Source: a virus (Duplodnaviria > Caudoviricetes). Taken from it: 64,000 nucleotides of DNA. The notes under the pieces were generated by a model. The model made no database searches. It was not told the DNA's origin and saw only the letters and a program-made list of their open reading frames with translations. The DNA lies in the IMG/VR virus record IMGVR_UViG_3300048599_000737, positions 1 to 64,000 of that record; one strand, given 5' to 3'. A program made the position numbers and the translations under genes. Shown here piece after piece: positions 35,427 through 47,300 of this stretch. Each line of letters opens with the position of its first letter. Within the stretch, counting starts at the first letter, position 1.

Positions 35427-38400
35427 CTGCAACTCTCACCGAATCACGCTCCGGCCAATCCCTGGAAAACCTCCAGGAGATTCTCGATGCCGGACAGCAA
35501 GGCGATACCAGCCTCGAACAGTATCTGACAGCACCAGGTCTTGCCGCTGAACTGGCCAGCTACCTGCCCAGCCGCAATCCTGCCAGCGTCTTTGACCCGC
35601 AGGCAGGCGATGGCGCCCTGCTCAACTGTATCCACGGCTGGCCCAGCCGCTTTGGCATCGAGCTGGACCACACCAAGAGCCCCGGCGCCGTCAACCTCAT
35701 CACCGCCAACTGCATGAAGGTCTTCGAGGCGGTCGAGGAACTGATGCCTGAGCTGCGGTTTGTCATGGCCAACGCCAACCCGCCCTTTGGCAAAAAGTGG
35801 AAGACTAAAACCGGGGCCTTCATCGACTCCACCCTGGCCACCTGGCAGTTCGTCACCCGCCACGCCAACTGCGGCTTCTTCATCGGCAACGCCAACACGG
35901 TTGAAAAGCTGTGCCGGCCCGACGCCAGTATAGACATCATCCGGCAGGAGCGCCGGCCCGCCAGCAAATACTGGAAGGGATTGCGCTCCAGCCTGGAAAT
36001 CGGAATCGTCTGCTGGAAACGCAAGGACTTCGCCAGCGCCAAATGCACCTATCCCCAGGAGATTGGTCTGTTCTGGAACCAGCTCCGGGCCATCTTCGAG
36101 GAAGAGAAACTGTCGCGCCCGCCGTTCAACATCTACCTCACCCGCCAGGGCTTTCTCAAAACCTATCTCTCGCAGCGCAACACCTTCAAGCTCAAGCTCA
36201 AACCTGAGCAAATCAAGCGGCTCCACAGCCTCAATGATGTGCATCCGCTCACGCTAACCACGGAGAAGGAAACGCGAGTGCTTCTGCGCAATCTGGTGGA
36301 CTGCGGGCTCTACACGCTCCAACCGGAAGCGCGGCAGGCCATTGAGAGCGCGCTGGCGGAGGTCAACGCCATCGCCTGTCCGATTATGAACATCTCCGAG
36401 TTCGAGCACGTGGCCTATACCGAGGAGGAGGACAGCCTGATGTGCCACGCCAGTATCGACGAGGAAATCAACGGACAACCCGTGGCATTGACTGCGGGCA
36501 AGTCCTACCCGTTGCGCACTGGCACCTACAAGTTCACCCAGGCATACAGACGCAACAAAGTCCACTACAACGAAGAGCACAAGGAAACTTACACCCAGTC
36601 CCACCAATGCGTCCTCTCCGGCAGCGACCGCTACATTGAAATCAAAGATGACTGCGGCCGCGTGTTACGGTTCATGGACCGACCGCGCAAGGAGAACCCA
36701 GGCGAACTGCCCGAATCCACCCTCTGGCATTACTTCGACAAGCCTGCGGTTCAAACCGTGGCTGAGGTTTGCCGTGAACAGGTCGCTGCCAACCTTGCGG
36801 TCTTGAAGGCGTGCGAAATGCTGGCGGGCTACGCCTACTACCCGGGCCAGATCAATTACCTGGCTCGCGTGGCCGCCAAGGACTGCGCGTTGATTGCGGC
36901 GGCGGTAGGCACGGGAAAGTCGCTGTTCGCCATCTCCATGCTGGCAATGAAATCCCCCAACCGCGCCGTCATCATCGCTCCCCAAGGCACCATGCGGGCC
37001 AGCGCCATCGAGGAGGATGACGACGAGGAAGACGTGTCAGCCTCCATGTCCGCCTCTCAATGGATCAAGGAGCTGAACAAGTTCGCCCCCTACCTGCAAG
37101 TTTGGGAACTGTTCAGCTACGAGGATTACCTCCGCATCCTGTCCCTGAACAACGGCAAGCTGCCCTTTGGCGTCTATGTCACCTATTACGAAGCGTTCTT
37201 CTCCAACGGAGCCATGGAGAAAGCCCCAGCCACCTGGGACGATGACAAGCTCAACGCCTGGGCGACCGCCAACGGGTTTGCGCCACTGCCCGAACACAAC
37301 GACGCCGGCAGCCGCGACAAGCATCACTGGTGCGACTCGGTGGGCCATGAGGTTGAAGGTGTGCGCTGCATCATCCAGCCCTGCCTGTCCACTCTCATTG
37401 GCAATCAGTTCGACTGCGTGCTCATCGATGAGGCTCATAAATGCAAAGGGCTCTCCGCCAACCTCACCCAGATGCTCATCCGGCTCCAGCCCCGCTATCG
37501 CTACGCCATGACTGCCACTCCCGTGTCCAATATCGTCAGCGACCTCTTTCCCCTTCTGGGCTGGCTGGCCGTACCCGAATGGTACAAAGGCAATCGACGC
37601 AACGCCGCTTGGCCCTACGCCCGTCAGGATCTGGGCCGGTTCAACTCCACGTTCCTCACCCAGGAACGCGATCTGACCCAGGAGGACCACAACCGCCAGA
37701 AAGACCCCAAGTGGCGCGGCAGGTGCATCAAGGAGTCTCCCATCATCTCCTCTCCCGCCCGACTGCTCAAGCTGCTCAAGCCCAACATGGCCTTTATCGA
37801 CAAGCCCGAGTGCCGGGCCGAATACATTCCTCCCAAGATTATCGATGTCCGTGTCCCTATGGGCAAGGAACAGGCCAGGCTCTACGGCCATTTCACCAAC
37901 CGGGCCAACATCACCGCCAAAAGCGCCTACATCCGCGCCGGCAAGCAAACCACCTACCTGCGCAACATTTGCGCCGACCCGGCGGGATTTAGCTACGGCG
38001 GCCCCAAGGTGCTCAGCAATATGAATCCCAAGGTCATCGCCATCCTGGAGTTGACCCGGGACATCCTGGGACGCGGGGAGCAGGTCGTCATTATCAACTC
38101 CCGCGTGGGTATCACCTCCACGCTGGCCACCAAGCTCACCGAGGCGGGCATCCCCATCGCCAGAATTGACTCCACCACCCAAGCCGAACAGCACGCCTAT
38201 CAGGCCAACCTGTTCAAGGCCGGTAAAGCCCGGGTGTGCTTCATGGGCATCAAAAGCGCCGCCGCCTACAGCTTTGACGCCTGTGAGAATCTGATTATCG
38301 GCTCGCTCGAATACTCCTTTGGCACCTTTGCCCAAGCCTGCGGACGCATTGACCGGGTTGTTAACCAGGTGGTGAAGCACATCTACGTCATTCTCCACAA

Positions 38401-38665
38401 GAACAGCATCGAGGAGATCATGTTCGACGTCTGCGCCTTGAAGGGGGACGCCTCCGCCCTGTGCCTGCGCGGCAAGCGCATCCCCCGGGAGTTTAAGCCG
38501 GTCGATAGCGGGGAGATTCTGGCCCAGGCGCTGGACCGCTTCGACCTCTCCGGGGCCAAACCCGAATCCGAGTGTGAGCGGGAATGGCCCAGGCTCCGGA
38601 CCGCCCTCAGTCAGGCGATGAAACAGGTCTCAACAGCAACGCCCCGTTTCCAGCCAACAGTTTGA
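35423..38665 (+). CDS. N6-adenine methyltransferase-like domain fused to SNF2/SF2 helicase (DarB-like architecture)
   Basis: VFDPQAGDG (motif I), NPPF (motif IV), AVGTGKS, DEAH, MTATP, QACGRIDR. Confidence 0.85.
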   Translation: MTATLTESRSGQSLENLQEILDAGQQGDTSLEQYLTAPGLAAELASYLPSRNPASVFDPQAGDGALLNCIHGWPSRFGIELDHTKSPGAVNLITANCMKVFEAVEELMPELRFVMANANPPFGKKWKTKTGAFIDSTLATWQFVTRHANCGFFIGNANTVEKLCRPDASIDIIRQERRPASKYWKGLRSSLEIGIVCWKRKDFASAKCTYPQEIGLFWNQLRAIFEEEKLSRPPFNIYLTRQGFLKTYLSQRNTFKLKLKPEQIKRLHSLNDVHPLTLTTEKETRVLLRNLVDCGLYTLQPEARQAIESALAEVNAIACPIMNISEFEHVAYTEEEDSLMCHASIDEEINGQPVALTAGKSYPLRTGTYKFTQAYRRNKVHYNEEHKETYTQSHQCVLSGSDRYIEIKDDCGRVLRFMDRPRKENPGELPESTLWHYFDKPAVQTVAEVCREQVAANLAVLKACEMLAGYAYYPGQINYLARVAAKDCALIAAAVGTGKSLFAISMLAMKSPNRAVIIAPQGTMRASAIEEDDDEEDVSASMSASQWIKELNKFAPYLQVWELFSYEDYLRILSLNNGKLPFGVYVTYYEAFFSNGAMEKAPATWDDDKLNAWATANGFAPLPEHNDAGSRDKHHWCDSVGHEVEGVRCIIQPCLSTLIGNQFDCVLIDEAHKCKGLSANLTQMLIRLQPRYRYAMTATPVSNIVSDLFPLLGWLAVPEWYKGNRRNAAWPYARQDLGRFNSTFLTQERDLTQEDHNRQKDPKWRGRCIKESPIISSPARLLKLLKPNMAFIDKPECRAEYIPPKIIDVRVPMGKEQARLYGHFTNRANITAKSAYIRAGKQTTYLRNICADPAGFSYGGPKVLSNMNPKVIAILELTRDILGRGEQVVIINSRVGITSTLATKLTEAGIPIARIDSTTQAEQHAYQANLFKAGKARVCFMGIKSAAAYSFDACENLIIGSLEYSFGTFAQACGRIDRVVNQVVKHIYVILHKNSIEEIMFDVCALKGDASALCLRGKRIPREFKPVDSGEILAQALDRFDLSGAKPESECEREWPRLRTALSQAMKQVSTATPRFQPTV

Positions 38666-38691
38666 CATTGACCAAACTCCTATGTTACCCT
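38662..38691 (+). promoter_or_regulatory. Promoter TTGACA-N18-TACCCT, same layout as 28962
   Basis: ttgaca at 38662, tgt-taccct at 38683-38691. Confidence 0.65.
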
Positions 38692-38740
38692 TCCCATGGT
38701 GTTCCCGTAAGCGCAACACGCCCTGGCGCACCACTACCGC

Positions 38741-39151
38741 ATGAGCAATTTTTACAGACTCTGTGACCGTTTTCCGCCTCCGCTGGTGCGCCTGCTCGCC
38801 AGAAAGGACGGCCGGGCCATGACTACCGCTCAGATTGCCCACGCCGCTTCCATGCCTCCAATGAGCGTCATCACCCTATCCCAGACCCCCACCTGGCAAC
38901 GCGTGGAACTCGAATCACTCAAGGGGTTTACCCGGGCCTGCGGGGTGGACTTTGACAATCCCACCAGCCTCAACCGGATAGAATGCTACCTCCGTAAAAA
39001 CGACGGACACCCGTCCTTCAGGTATCTGACGCGCGACCCGCAATGGAAGTCCTACTACCTGCCGCTCATCGTGAGCTGGCGCAAATCCCTGACCACCGTG
39101 CCCGAGGAACTCCCCGCGCCCATCAAACGCCTATTGGCCAATCTCAACTGA
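38741..39151 (+). CDS. Hypothetical protein (possible HTH regulator)
   Basis: MTTAQIAHAASMPPMSVITLSQ HTH-like segment; first gene of the integrase operon. Confidence 0.6.
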   Translation: MSNFYRLCDRFPPPLVRLLARKDGRAMTTAQIAHAASMPPMSVITLSQTPTWQRVELESLKGFTRACGVDFDNPTSLNRIECYLRKNDGHPSFRYLTRDPQWKSYYLPLIVSWRKSLTTVPEELPAPIKRLLANLN

Positions 39152-39152
39152 C

Positions 39153-39614
39153 ATGAACCGCGCCAACTCAATGCCCAACTCTATGCTCCTGGAAATCCAG
39201 CAATGGATTACCGGGGACAGGTCTTGTCTGGCCCGGAAGGCTCGCCTGCTCGAACTTTGGAAGCAGAAGCGCCAGACCACGGAGACCTATCGCAAGGCGG
39301 AGCTAGACTCAACCCACTATGCGGAGCGGGAGATAAAGAAGCTCAGTCCGCGATTGAGCCACGACGAGCGCAAGCGGCGTCAGGTCGAAATCTTTAACCG
39401 GAGGGCCGTGGAGCACCGCAAACTCTTCTTGGCAATGCGCCACAGATTAAGGAAGCTCGACGCGATGGTTGAGGCGGCGGCGATAGCTCTGGGCAAACGC
39501 CAGGGCTTTCTGCGCTCCCATTACGGTGTTCGCTACACCCTGATAGCCCAGCGCGAGCGGAATCGAATTGCCCGCAGGAACGGCGTGCAGGCAGACACAG
39601 TAACTCAAGACTAA
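39153..39614 (+). CDS. Basic helical hypothetical protein
   Basis: Arg/Lys-rich; tightly coupled upstream of the integrase. Confidence 0.6.
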   Translation: MNRANSMPNSMLLEIQQWITGDRSCLARKARLLELWKQKRQTTETYRKAELDSTHYAEREIKKLSPRLSHDERKRRQVEIFNRRAVEHRKLFLAMRHRLRKLDAMVEAAAIALGKRQGFLRSHYGVRYTLIAQRERNRIARRNGVQADTVTQD

Positions 39615-39617
39615 AGC

Positions 39618-40733
39618 ATGACAATAAAACTGAAGAAAATCGGCGGGGTCTATCACACCCAGGTAACGGCGGCAGGCAAGTCCAAGTGGATTTCGACCCG
39701 CTGCACCACCAAGCCGGAAGCGGAGAAGGTGCTGGCCCAATCCAGCGTGGCAGAACTGGAACAGGCCGGCAAAGCCGCCAGCTTGTCCCAACGAGCCATC
39801 GGTCAGATCCTGACCGGCAAAAACCTGACCTGCCTCAAAGCCGTTGAGGAGTATCGCAAGGTCGCGGTCGCCAGCAAGGCCCAAAAGACCGTTTTCAACG
39901 TCGTGCTGGTGGTGTTGAACTGGCTGAAGGAGCTCAAGCTTGAAACCCAGCCCCCCTCAGCCATAACACCGGAACACATTTCCAAGTGGATCAACAATCC
40001 TCAATCCACCTGGAAGCGCGGCACCCGGCTGGCGGCGCTCGCCAGCATTCGCACCTTCTTCCAGTTCTGCGCCCATCATGGCTGGATCGCCTCCGACCCG
40101 TCGCAGCTCGTTGCCGTGGACTACTCGGTTATGTCCCATGAGCAGAAGGAGGATTCAGACCGGCAGCCCTTCACCATCGAGGAAGTGAAACACCTCCTGA
40201 CCGAACTGCGCCACGATTGGGCCGCAGCCGCCAAGGGAGAGCACCGTCTCTTCAGAAAAGCCGAAGACGTGCTCTTCTGGCTGGTTGCGGTTACCGTGGG
40301 CAAGGAGACCGGCTTGCGCCTGTCAGACGTTGCCGGGCTGGAATGGCGCTGTTTTAGCGAACCGGGCAAGCTGGTGGTCTGGACCGGAAAAACCAACCAG
40401 CGCATTGAGCACGAAATCAGCGACACCTTGCAGGAACTCATCGGCGAAATCCCGGTTAACGACCCAGACTATCTCTTCCCGGAACAGCGGGCCACCATCC
40501 AGAACGTGGCCAAGCGCGCGGCATTGTCGGTGCAATTTGGTCGGCTCTGTGAGCGGCTCAACATCAAGGGGAAATCCTTTCACAACCTGCGGCATTTCAA
40601 GGCCACCAGCGAGTATGCCAAGCTCGACAAGAATGCGCTGGCCAAGAAGCTGGCCGAGGTGTTGAGCTTAGAGCAGATTGCGCAGCTTCTGGGACATGCG
40701 AACAGCAAGACCACAAAAGGTTACGTGCATTAA
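39618..40733 (+). CDS. int: Tyrosine recombinase/integrase
   Basis: TGLRLSD (R), FHNLRH (HxxR), LLGH, KGY catalytic residues. Confidence 0.93.
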   Translation: MTIKLKKIGGVYHTQVTAAGKSKWISTRCTTKPEAEKVLAQSSVAELEQAGKAASLSQRAIGQILTGKNLTCLKAVEEYRKVAVASKAQKTVFNVVLVVLNWLKELKLETQPPSAITPEHISKWINNPQSTWKRGTRLAALASIRTFFQFCAHHGWIASDPSQLVAVDYSVMSHEQKEDSDRQPFTIEEVKHLLTELRHDWAAAAKGEHRLFRKAEDVLFWLVAVTVGKETGLRLSDVAGLEWRCFSEPGKLVVWTGKTNQRIEHEISDTLQELIGEIPVNDPDYLFPEQRATIQNVAKRAALSVQFGRLCERLNIKGKSFHNLRHFKATSEYAKLDKNALAKKLAEVLSLEQIAQLLGHANSKTTKGYVH

Positions 40734-40790
40734 CTAACCACCTGAGGATGTGAGACGCGCTAAAAGCATCAGTCAAAGACCAAACCGAGC

Positions 40791-41159
40791 TTAACGATTC
40801 AGAAAACCGGCCAAAAGCAGCACAAAAACCACGACCATGCCCCCCAACGCGCCTCCCAAGAACTCAGCCTTCCGGTTGTGCAGGGATGTACGCAAATAAG
40901 GCCCGGCCTGCCCCCCCAGAAACCATCCAGCGAGACCGCCAGCCACACCGCCCACTATGGTTAACTTTGGGGCGGTTAGCAGGTTCATCAGGTTCCCATG
41001 CTCAACGACGCCCGGAAGTTGAATGGCAAACATGCCCCCGAACACCCCCACTAAAAGCCCAGCCAGCGCGCCATGATTGAGTTCACCCCATTCTGGTTTT
41101 ATCGCCATAGACTCAGGTCTAAAAATCGCTCCACGAATAAGTAACAGGAACTGTTCCAC
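40791..41159 (-). CDS. Small multi-pass membrane protein (moron-like)
   Basis: About three Gly-rich hydrophobic segments; has its own promoter. Confidence 0.6.
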   Translation of the reverse strand: MEQFLLLIRGAIFRPESMAIKPEWGELNHGALAGLLVGVFGGMFAIQLPGVVEHGNLMNLLTAPKLTIVGGVAGGLAGWFLGGQAGPYLRTSLHNRKAEFLGGALGGMVVVFVLLLAGFLNR

Positions 41160-41190
41160 CCGTATTCATTCCGATACTTAACAGTTTAGC

Positions 41191-41219
41191 AACCTAAGGG
41201 TGCTCAGCCGGATTGTCAA
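41191..41219 (-). promoter_or_regulatory. Sigma70 promoter TTGACA-N17-TAGGTT
   Basis: Read on the minus strand, upstream of the gene starting at 41159. Confidence 0.55.
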
Positions 41220-41309
41220 ACGGCCCCCACTTCAAGATCTGGAACACACAGCGTATTCCTTACTTGCCCACGAGGAGAACAATGGGAGGAAACCGCATCC
41301 TTGGGGCAG

Positions 41310-44300
41310 TCATGGCAGGGCTTCCTGGTGGTAGCCAAGTCCCACCGCGCCACGTTTCATGTCCTCCAAGGTGAGCACGACGCGATTTACCCTTCCAAAG
41401 CCAGCAGGACCGGATAACCGTCCGCCCTTGAAGTCACCCTTGTCCCGGCTATAGACACTGGTGTTGGCTCCAATCTGAGCGGCATAATGCTGGTACAGTG
41501 CCACTGCCCCGGTCACCGATTGTCTGCCGCTGTCGGGCAGTTGCGTCAGCAACTTGCTATACTCCCCTTCCGTGGGAGGAGACTTGAAAACGATGCGCAG
41601 GGGATTCTGCGCCTCGAACATCGATACCACCTTCTTCATCGCCTCCTCGGGCTTCATCCCCTCGGCGCGCGCCTGGCGGAGCGCGTCCTTCATGGCACGG
41701 CTAAAGGACTCATGATCATTGGCATAGGCGCTCAACACCATCCGGCCTATAAACGGCTTGATGGGATTGGGAATGCTCTGGTTCTGGAGCATCCCGCCAA
41801 ACGTCCGCACATCCAGGCCCAGTTCCCGCCCAGCCACCCGCAGGTAGTTGTTCACCGAGATCCGATTGCTCACCCGGGCTTCGGCGTCATCAATAGACAA
41901 CAGGTGATTCAACGCGCCGAGATTCTGGAGCAAGCCATTCCCACCTAAAGTTTGGAACAAGGGACGCAACACCGTCTGGTAATCCGTCCCGGTCTCCAGT
42001 GCGCCTTGGAAATTGCCTTGAGCGACCTGTGGGGCGGTCTGTTGCAGGAGCGCCCGGGCCGCGTTCCACACGTTCTGGATGGTGTTGGCGAAGAATATCC
42101 GATTATCCAGGGTGATGGGCCGCACATTGTCGTCGTTCAGGGTATAGTTCAATCCCTCCCCGATGAATCCGAACGTGCCGATGCGAGACGCATTATCCAG
42201 CGCGGTCATCAGTCCGGACTTGAGATCATGAATATTGCCCAGGTCGGATACGTTCATCTTCCGCCCCAGCACTTCTTCGTCGAACTTGTTACGCAGCCAA
42301 CTGGCAGCCATGCCAATCGGCAGAATTGCCATATAGGCCGCCAGCCCGCCTCGGAATGCCTTGGCGGTAGCCAATCCGTTGGGCTCGCGCAGCTCCCGCA
42401 GAACCTGATAGGTCTTTTGCAGCGGCCAGCCCAGGAATGGATTCATGGCAACGCCCAGCCCGTTGGTCTGAAGGAGTGGCAGTCGGCTGGTGAGCGAGGA
42501 CTCCAGCGTGATTTCGTTCAATGTGAGCTGCGAAATGGCCTTGTTCACCTCCGCAGAGAGAATCGGCTTGTCGCTCCCCCGGTTCCGATAGGCTTCACGC
42601 GCAAGCTGCTCCAGGCTGAACCCAAAGTTACTCATGCGCTCAGTCAGGAAGTTGAACTCCCGCTCCCCTGCTCCGAAGCCACTCAGGTTCTTGCGGTCGA
42701 ACCTGAAGCCGGCATCCTCAACCAGTTCCGGGTGCTCCACAAAGTGTAACACTCCGGAGGATACCATGCCCTCGATGTGGCGTTGCCAGGTGATGAAGTT
42801 TGAGATCTGCAGGCACTCGGCGGCGAAGTGAAACGGAGAGAGCACCTTCATCGTTGGGGCCACCGCTTTACCTTCGGCCTGCCGTTGGATGGCCTTCTCC
42901 CGGGCACCGGGCGCAAACACGTCGCTTTGCAGCACCGCGCTGCCCAGCTCCGCAGCCCTCCCGACCGCCTGCCCCATCGGCCCCGCATTGCGATAGGCCG
43001 CGTAAGCGTGCGTCCAGGCGGTAACGAGCCGTTGACGGTTGGTGTTGAGGGTGTCAAAAAGACCGACCTGGTTGGCCGCCAGCAGGCGGTCGGCGTCAAA
43101 GACACACTCTCGGCCAACAGCCTGAAGCATTGCATTGGCCGCAACTTTAGCCGCATCCACCAGCGAGCGACCGGTCAAGGCCAGCGAACGGACATTGAGC
43201 CCCAAGAGCCTAGTCGGCTGCTCCAGGAAGACGCTGTGCGCCGTAATGGCTGTGCCCGCACCACTGACAGTCCACCCTCCGATGGTGCGAATCAGCCGTG
43301 CCCAGGGCTGAAGCTCCGGAATTATCCCGGAATTATTCATCCCCTGGATGGCCTTGAAAGCGTCGGCCACCCCGTTGAGGGTCGCCAGGTTGTTTCTGGA
43401 TTCCTTCAGGGCCGTGTAGCTGATCCCTTCCAGCCCGCACCGGTCCTTGATTCCTCGCTGAACCAGCTTCTCCGAGATGCCCGGGTTCTCCTTCAGGATG
43501 GCTTCTCGCCACCCATTGTAGCGATCCAGCATTCCCTGCTGGTCGTTGATGGCGGCAGCCAGATTCCTTTCCATCGCCGCACCGTTCCGTCCAAATCCGG
43601 CCTGAAACGCCTGGGCATGGATAACCTTCTCCATGTTGTAATGGTCCGACATCAGGTAATTGAGCCATTCCTTGGGAGCGGCTTCGATGTGACGCGCATC
43701 GACAATGAAACGCTTGGGCGCCGGGGAACCTCCGCGAATGGCCTCGAACTCCTCCCCCACCATTGCCCGCAGCAGGTTGTGAAAATTTTGCACCGTATCC
43801 AGTGTATCCGCAACGAAAGCTCCATCTGGCCGGTAACCATGAAGGTTAGCCAGATTCTCGGCGAACCTCACCGGATCGCCTTCGGCGGTGTCATAAGCCT
43901 GAATCACCTTCTCCCGGCTCGCCAACGGCCGGATGCTGTCCTCGGTCGGCGCGTAGAAGTAAGACCGGTCGTTGTAGGCGAGCGACTTCATGAACCAATT
44001 CCACACCTGGGGCGTAAACCTTGATTTGAGTGTCTCGCGTAAGGCATCCGGGTCCGCGCTGTAGGCTTTCTCAATCGCCTCGGGCTTGAGGCTGTCACCA
44101 GTCCAGCCTCCCATGTGCTCCCGATAAAAGTTCTGGGCAATGTCAGTTAGCACCCGCGGCAGCGTAAACGGCGCGGTCCCCAGCACCTTGCGGTAAACTC
44201 GGTAGCCTTCGCCCTGGTCGAGCACCTTGTTCCCCAGTTCCTCACCGTTGCGCACAAGTATCCTGCTGTTGTCAATGTGCTGGCGCAGCAGCTTGCCCAC

Positions 44301-47300
44301 CGCCGCCCGGGCCTTCGGATTCTTCAAATCCATGAAGTCGAGCGCGTGTTCAATGGATTTCTCCACCATGCCCTCCACCGTTTTCCCGCTCGCCCAGAAC
44401 CGCTCTCCGTTCTGCTCCAGGTCATGGAACGCCGGGGCAACCACGTTATCCCAGAAGGTGGCTTCGCTGGACGCCGGGAAGCCGCAAGCTTTCCGGGCTT
44501 CGTTCAAGGCCGCCCCGAAGTGGGTTCCTTGCTGTGTCACCTCTCTCATCCGGGCGCGCGAAAGGGCCGAGTAACGATTGAACGCCTGGCCGCAGAGCCG
44601 GGCAGCGGCCGTTCCGGCCTGGTTACACTTTTCCTGCAACGGCCCAAGCATTCGGGTGGCAAGCGAGTCGCTCAAATTGCGGTGCTCATCGGCGACATAG
44701 TGGTTCTTCAGCTTGCCCAGAGCCTCGGACACTTCGTTATACTTCGCGCCAAAACGCTGATTCTCGGCGTTATCAACCCAGTCCTGCATCGCCTTCATCC
44801 ATGAAACAACCTCGGGGGTGGGCGTGGGCCGAATGCCTTTCTTGCCGATGTCGGTGCGCAGGGCTAGCATCCTGTAATCGAACTTGTCCGGCGCGCTGCT
44901 GGCTGCCGCTGGCACCGGAACCTCGGCGCCGTGATACACTTCAAAGCTCTTAAGTTGAATGCCTGCGGTTCGCTCCAAACCGTTCATCGCCGCCTCAACC
45001 AGCGGTTTGAACACGTCTTCGTGAAAGTCCACCTTGGCCTGATTGCTCTCAACGGACGCTTGAAGGTCATAGTTCCGTTTCTTCAACTCGGCGAACTTAT
45101 CGGCGATCCGCACCATCCGGTCCCGCATCTTAAGGCTTTTAAAGGTGCTATTGATTCGCTCGCGCAGCTCGCCGGCATCCCCGCGCCCGGCTCCGAGCAA
45201 CTCCTTGAGAAACTCGTTGGCCAGAGCGTGCTCCTCGGTGAGCTTCTCGCCTCGTATCGCCAGCATATCCATGATGTGACTGTTGGACTTGCCAAAAGCC
45301 GTTATTGTCGCCAACAGCGCCTTGGACTGGACATTGTCCGAAAGGAAGGGCGCCAGATACTCATGGCCGCCTGCCAGGAATGCCTGCCGAATCGCCTCGA
45401 ACACCTGTCCGGTGGGCCTGGTCCAATCAATGTCCAGGCTGGCTACCTTCTGTAGCGTATCTGAAAACCGGGGGTCATTCTCGGCAAGCAGCTTGTAAAC
45501 GCCATCCAACGCCCGGCGGTATGGCGGCGGCAACTCACCCGTCTGGAGCTGCTCCACCTGCCGCAGCGTCTGCTCGATCATGCCCGCTTGATGCGAAAAA
45601 TCACGCACACCACGAATGCTCGTAGAGAGGTCATCTAACAGGTGCAGCATCGCCTCCCGGCTCACGCTGTCCATATAGTCCAGATCCCGGTAATCCTTCG
45701 TCAACCGCAACAACCGCTTTTGGTTCTGGTCCAGCTCGTGGGCCGAGGAACGCCATTCCTTGCGCGCTTCCATCGCCGCCCCGGACTGCGCCGCTTTCCA
45801 GGCATCAAAGAGGCGGTGCGCTACAGCAGCGGCGCGTTGTTTGGCGATGCTGTTGGGCAGGTCAGCAATGCGCGTGTCCGGGCTGACACCATGAGTCTTC
45901 ACCGCCTGGTCTATCAACCGCTGCGGGGTCGCCTCGTTGACAAACATTTCCGATTCGCCAACCTTCTCGGGCAGCTTGATGAAGTGGCGGGCGATCTCAT
46001 CATCCGTCAGGCCGGCGAGATTGCCGGTAACATCCCACTGATGAATCTGCTCCCGGATGGCATCCATGAAATGGTTCAAGGCAGCGACACCGACCGGAGC
46101 GCCTTCGGGTGTTTCCAGATACTTGCGCGGGTTGGTAACCGGGTTGAGGCCGGAATGGCGGGTAGCTTCGCCTTCTGTATCCCAGTTAGGTTGAGCCTTC
46201 CTTGGTCCGCCTAGATAATTGAGAAACGACATTGGTTTCTCCCCGGCCAAAGCCATTTTCAGCCGGTTCTCAAAGTAAGCCATGGCCCGCTCTTTGGAGA
46301 TCGGATAGCCTGCCACCTTTTGCAATCCCATCAAAGTGCCCTGGTAAATGTCGCTCACCACCCGCCAAAGACGCTGCACCGCGCCGGATGCTTCGGCGGG
46401 GTTAAACCCTTCAGCTACCAGCTTCCTTCCCAACGCCTCCGCCAATCGGCCTTCCTGCTCTACGTCTGGACGCCGCTCTATCGGCACAGTAGCCGCAACG
46501 GCCTCTCTGAATCCCTGGATTCCAAGAGCCTCATCGGTGAAAGCCTTAACCGCCCTATGGCCGGCCGCTTGCAGTTCGGGTGTCTCCCGGGCAAAGACGG
46601 CATGAAACGCTTCATGGAACAGGGCCACCAGATTCTCACCGCTCGGGTTATGAGCGTCAGCCACCGTCCAGGTGATGACCCTGACGGCATTCCCCTTGCC
46701 GTTGACCAGCTCCTTATACTCGCCGCTGCTAAAGTGCTTGGCCAGCGGGTCGATGACGACGTCAACGCGCACACCAAGCGCACGCAGACCGCCAATAGCC
46801 TCCCGAGCAATCCATCCAGTTTTCGCCGCGCTGGGCCGAAGGTGTTCAATCTCGGTAACCGCCTGGCTGCGGCGGAACCGTGTAAGCGCTTCAGAAACCT
46901 CGACCTTGGGCACAAAACTCGTGCCCTCCTGCGTGTAAACCAGTCCATTGTGCAGCAAGGCGGACTTTCCATCCACCTTGACGGATTGCCCGGAATCGAG
47001 GATTTCGTCGGCGGCAGCCTCAATGGCATCCCTACCCTCGTGTCCCAACCCCTCGGCAATTTGTTCGGCTATGGCCTGGAGTTTGGTCAACTCCTTTGGG
47101 CCAATGCCATCCTTATCAACGACCTTTACCTCCGGAGGAGTTACGTCGGCGGCAGCTTCTTCGGCAGAACGTTGCCTGATTGTGGGCTCTGCTGCATCCC
47201 CTGCGCCACTTGTTTCATGCGGGCTTCCTCGCGTTTCAATTCCGCTTCCGCCCGATTCGCCTCCGGTTGGCGCTGAGCGTCCCTCACGGACTGGATCTCC

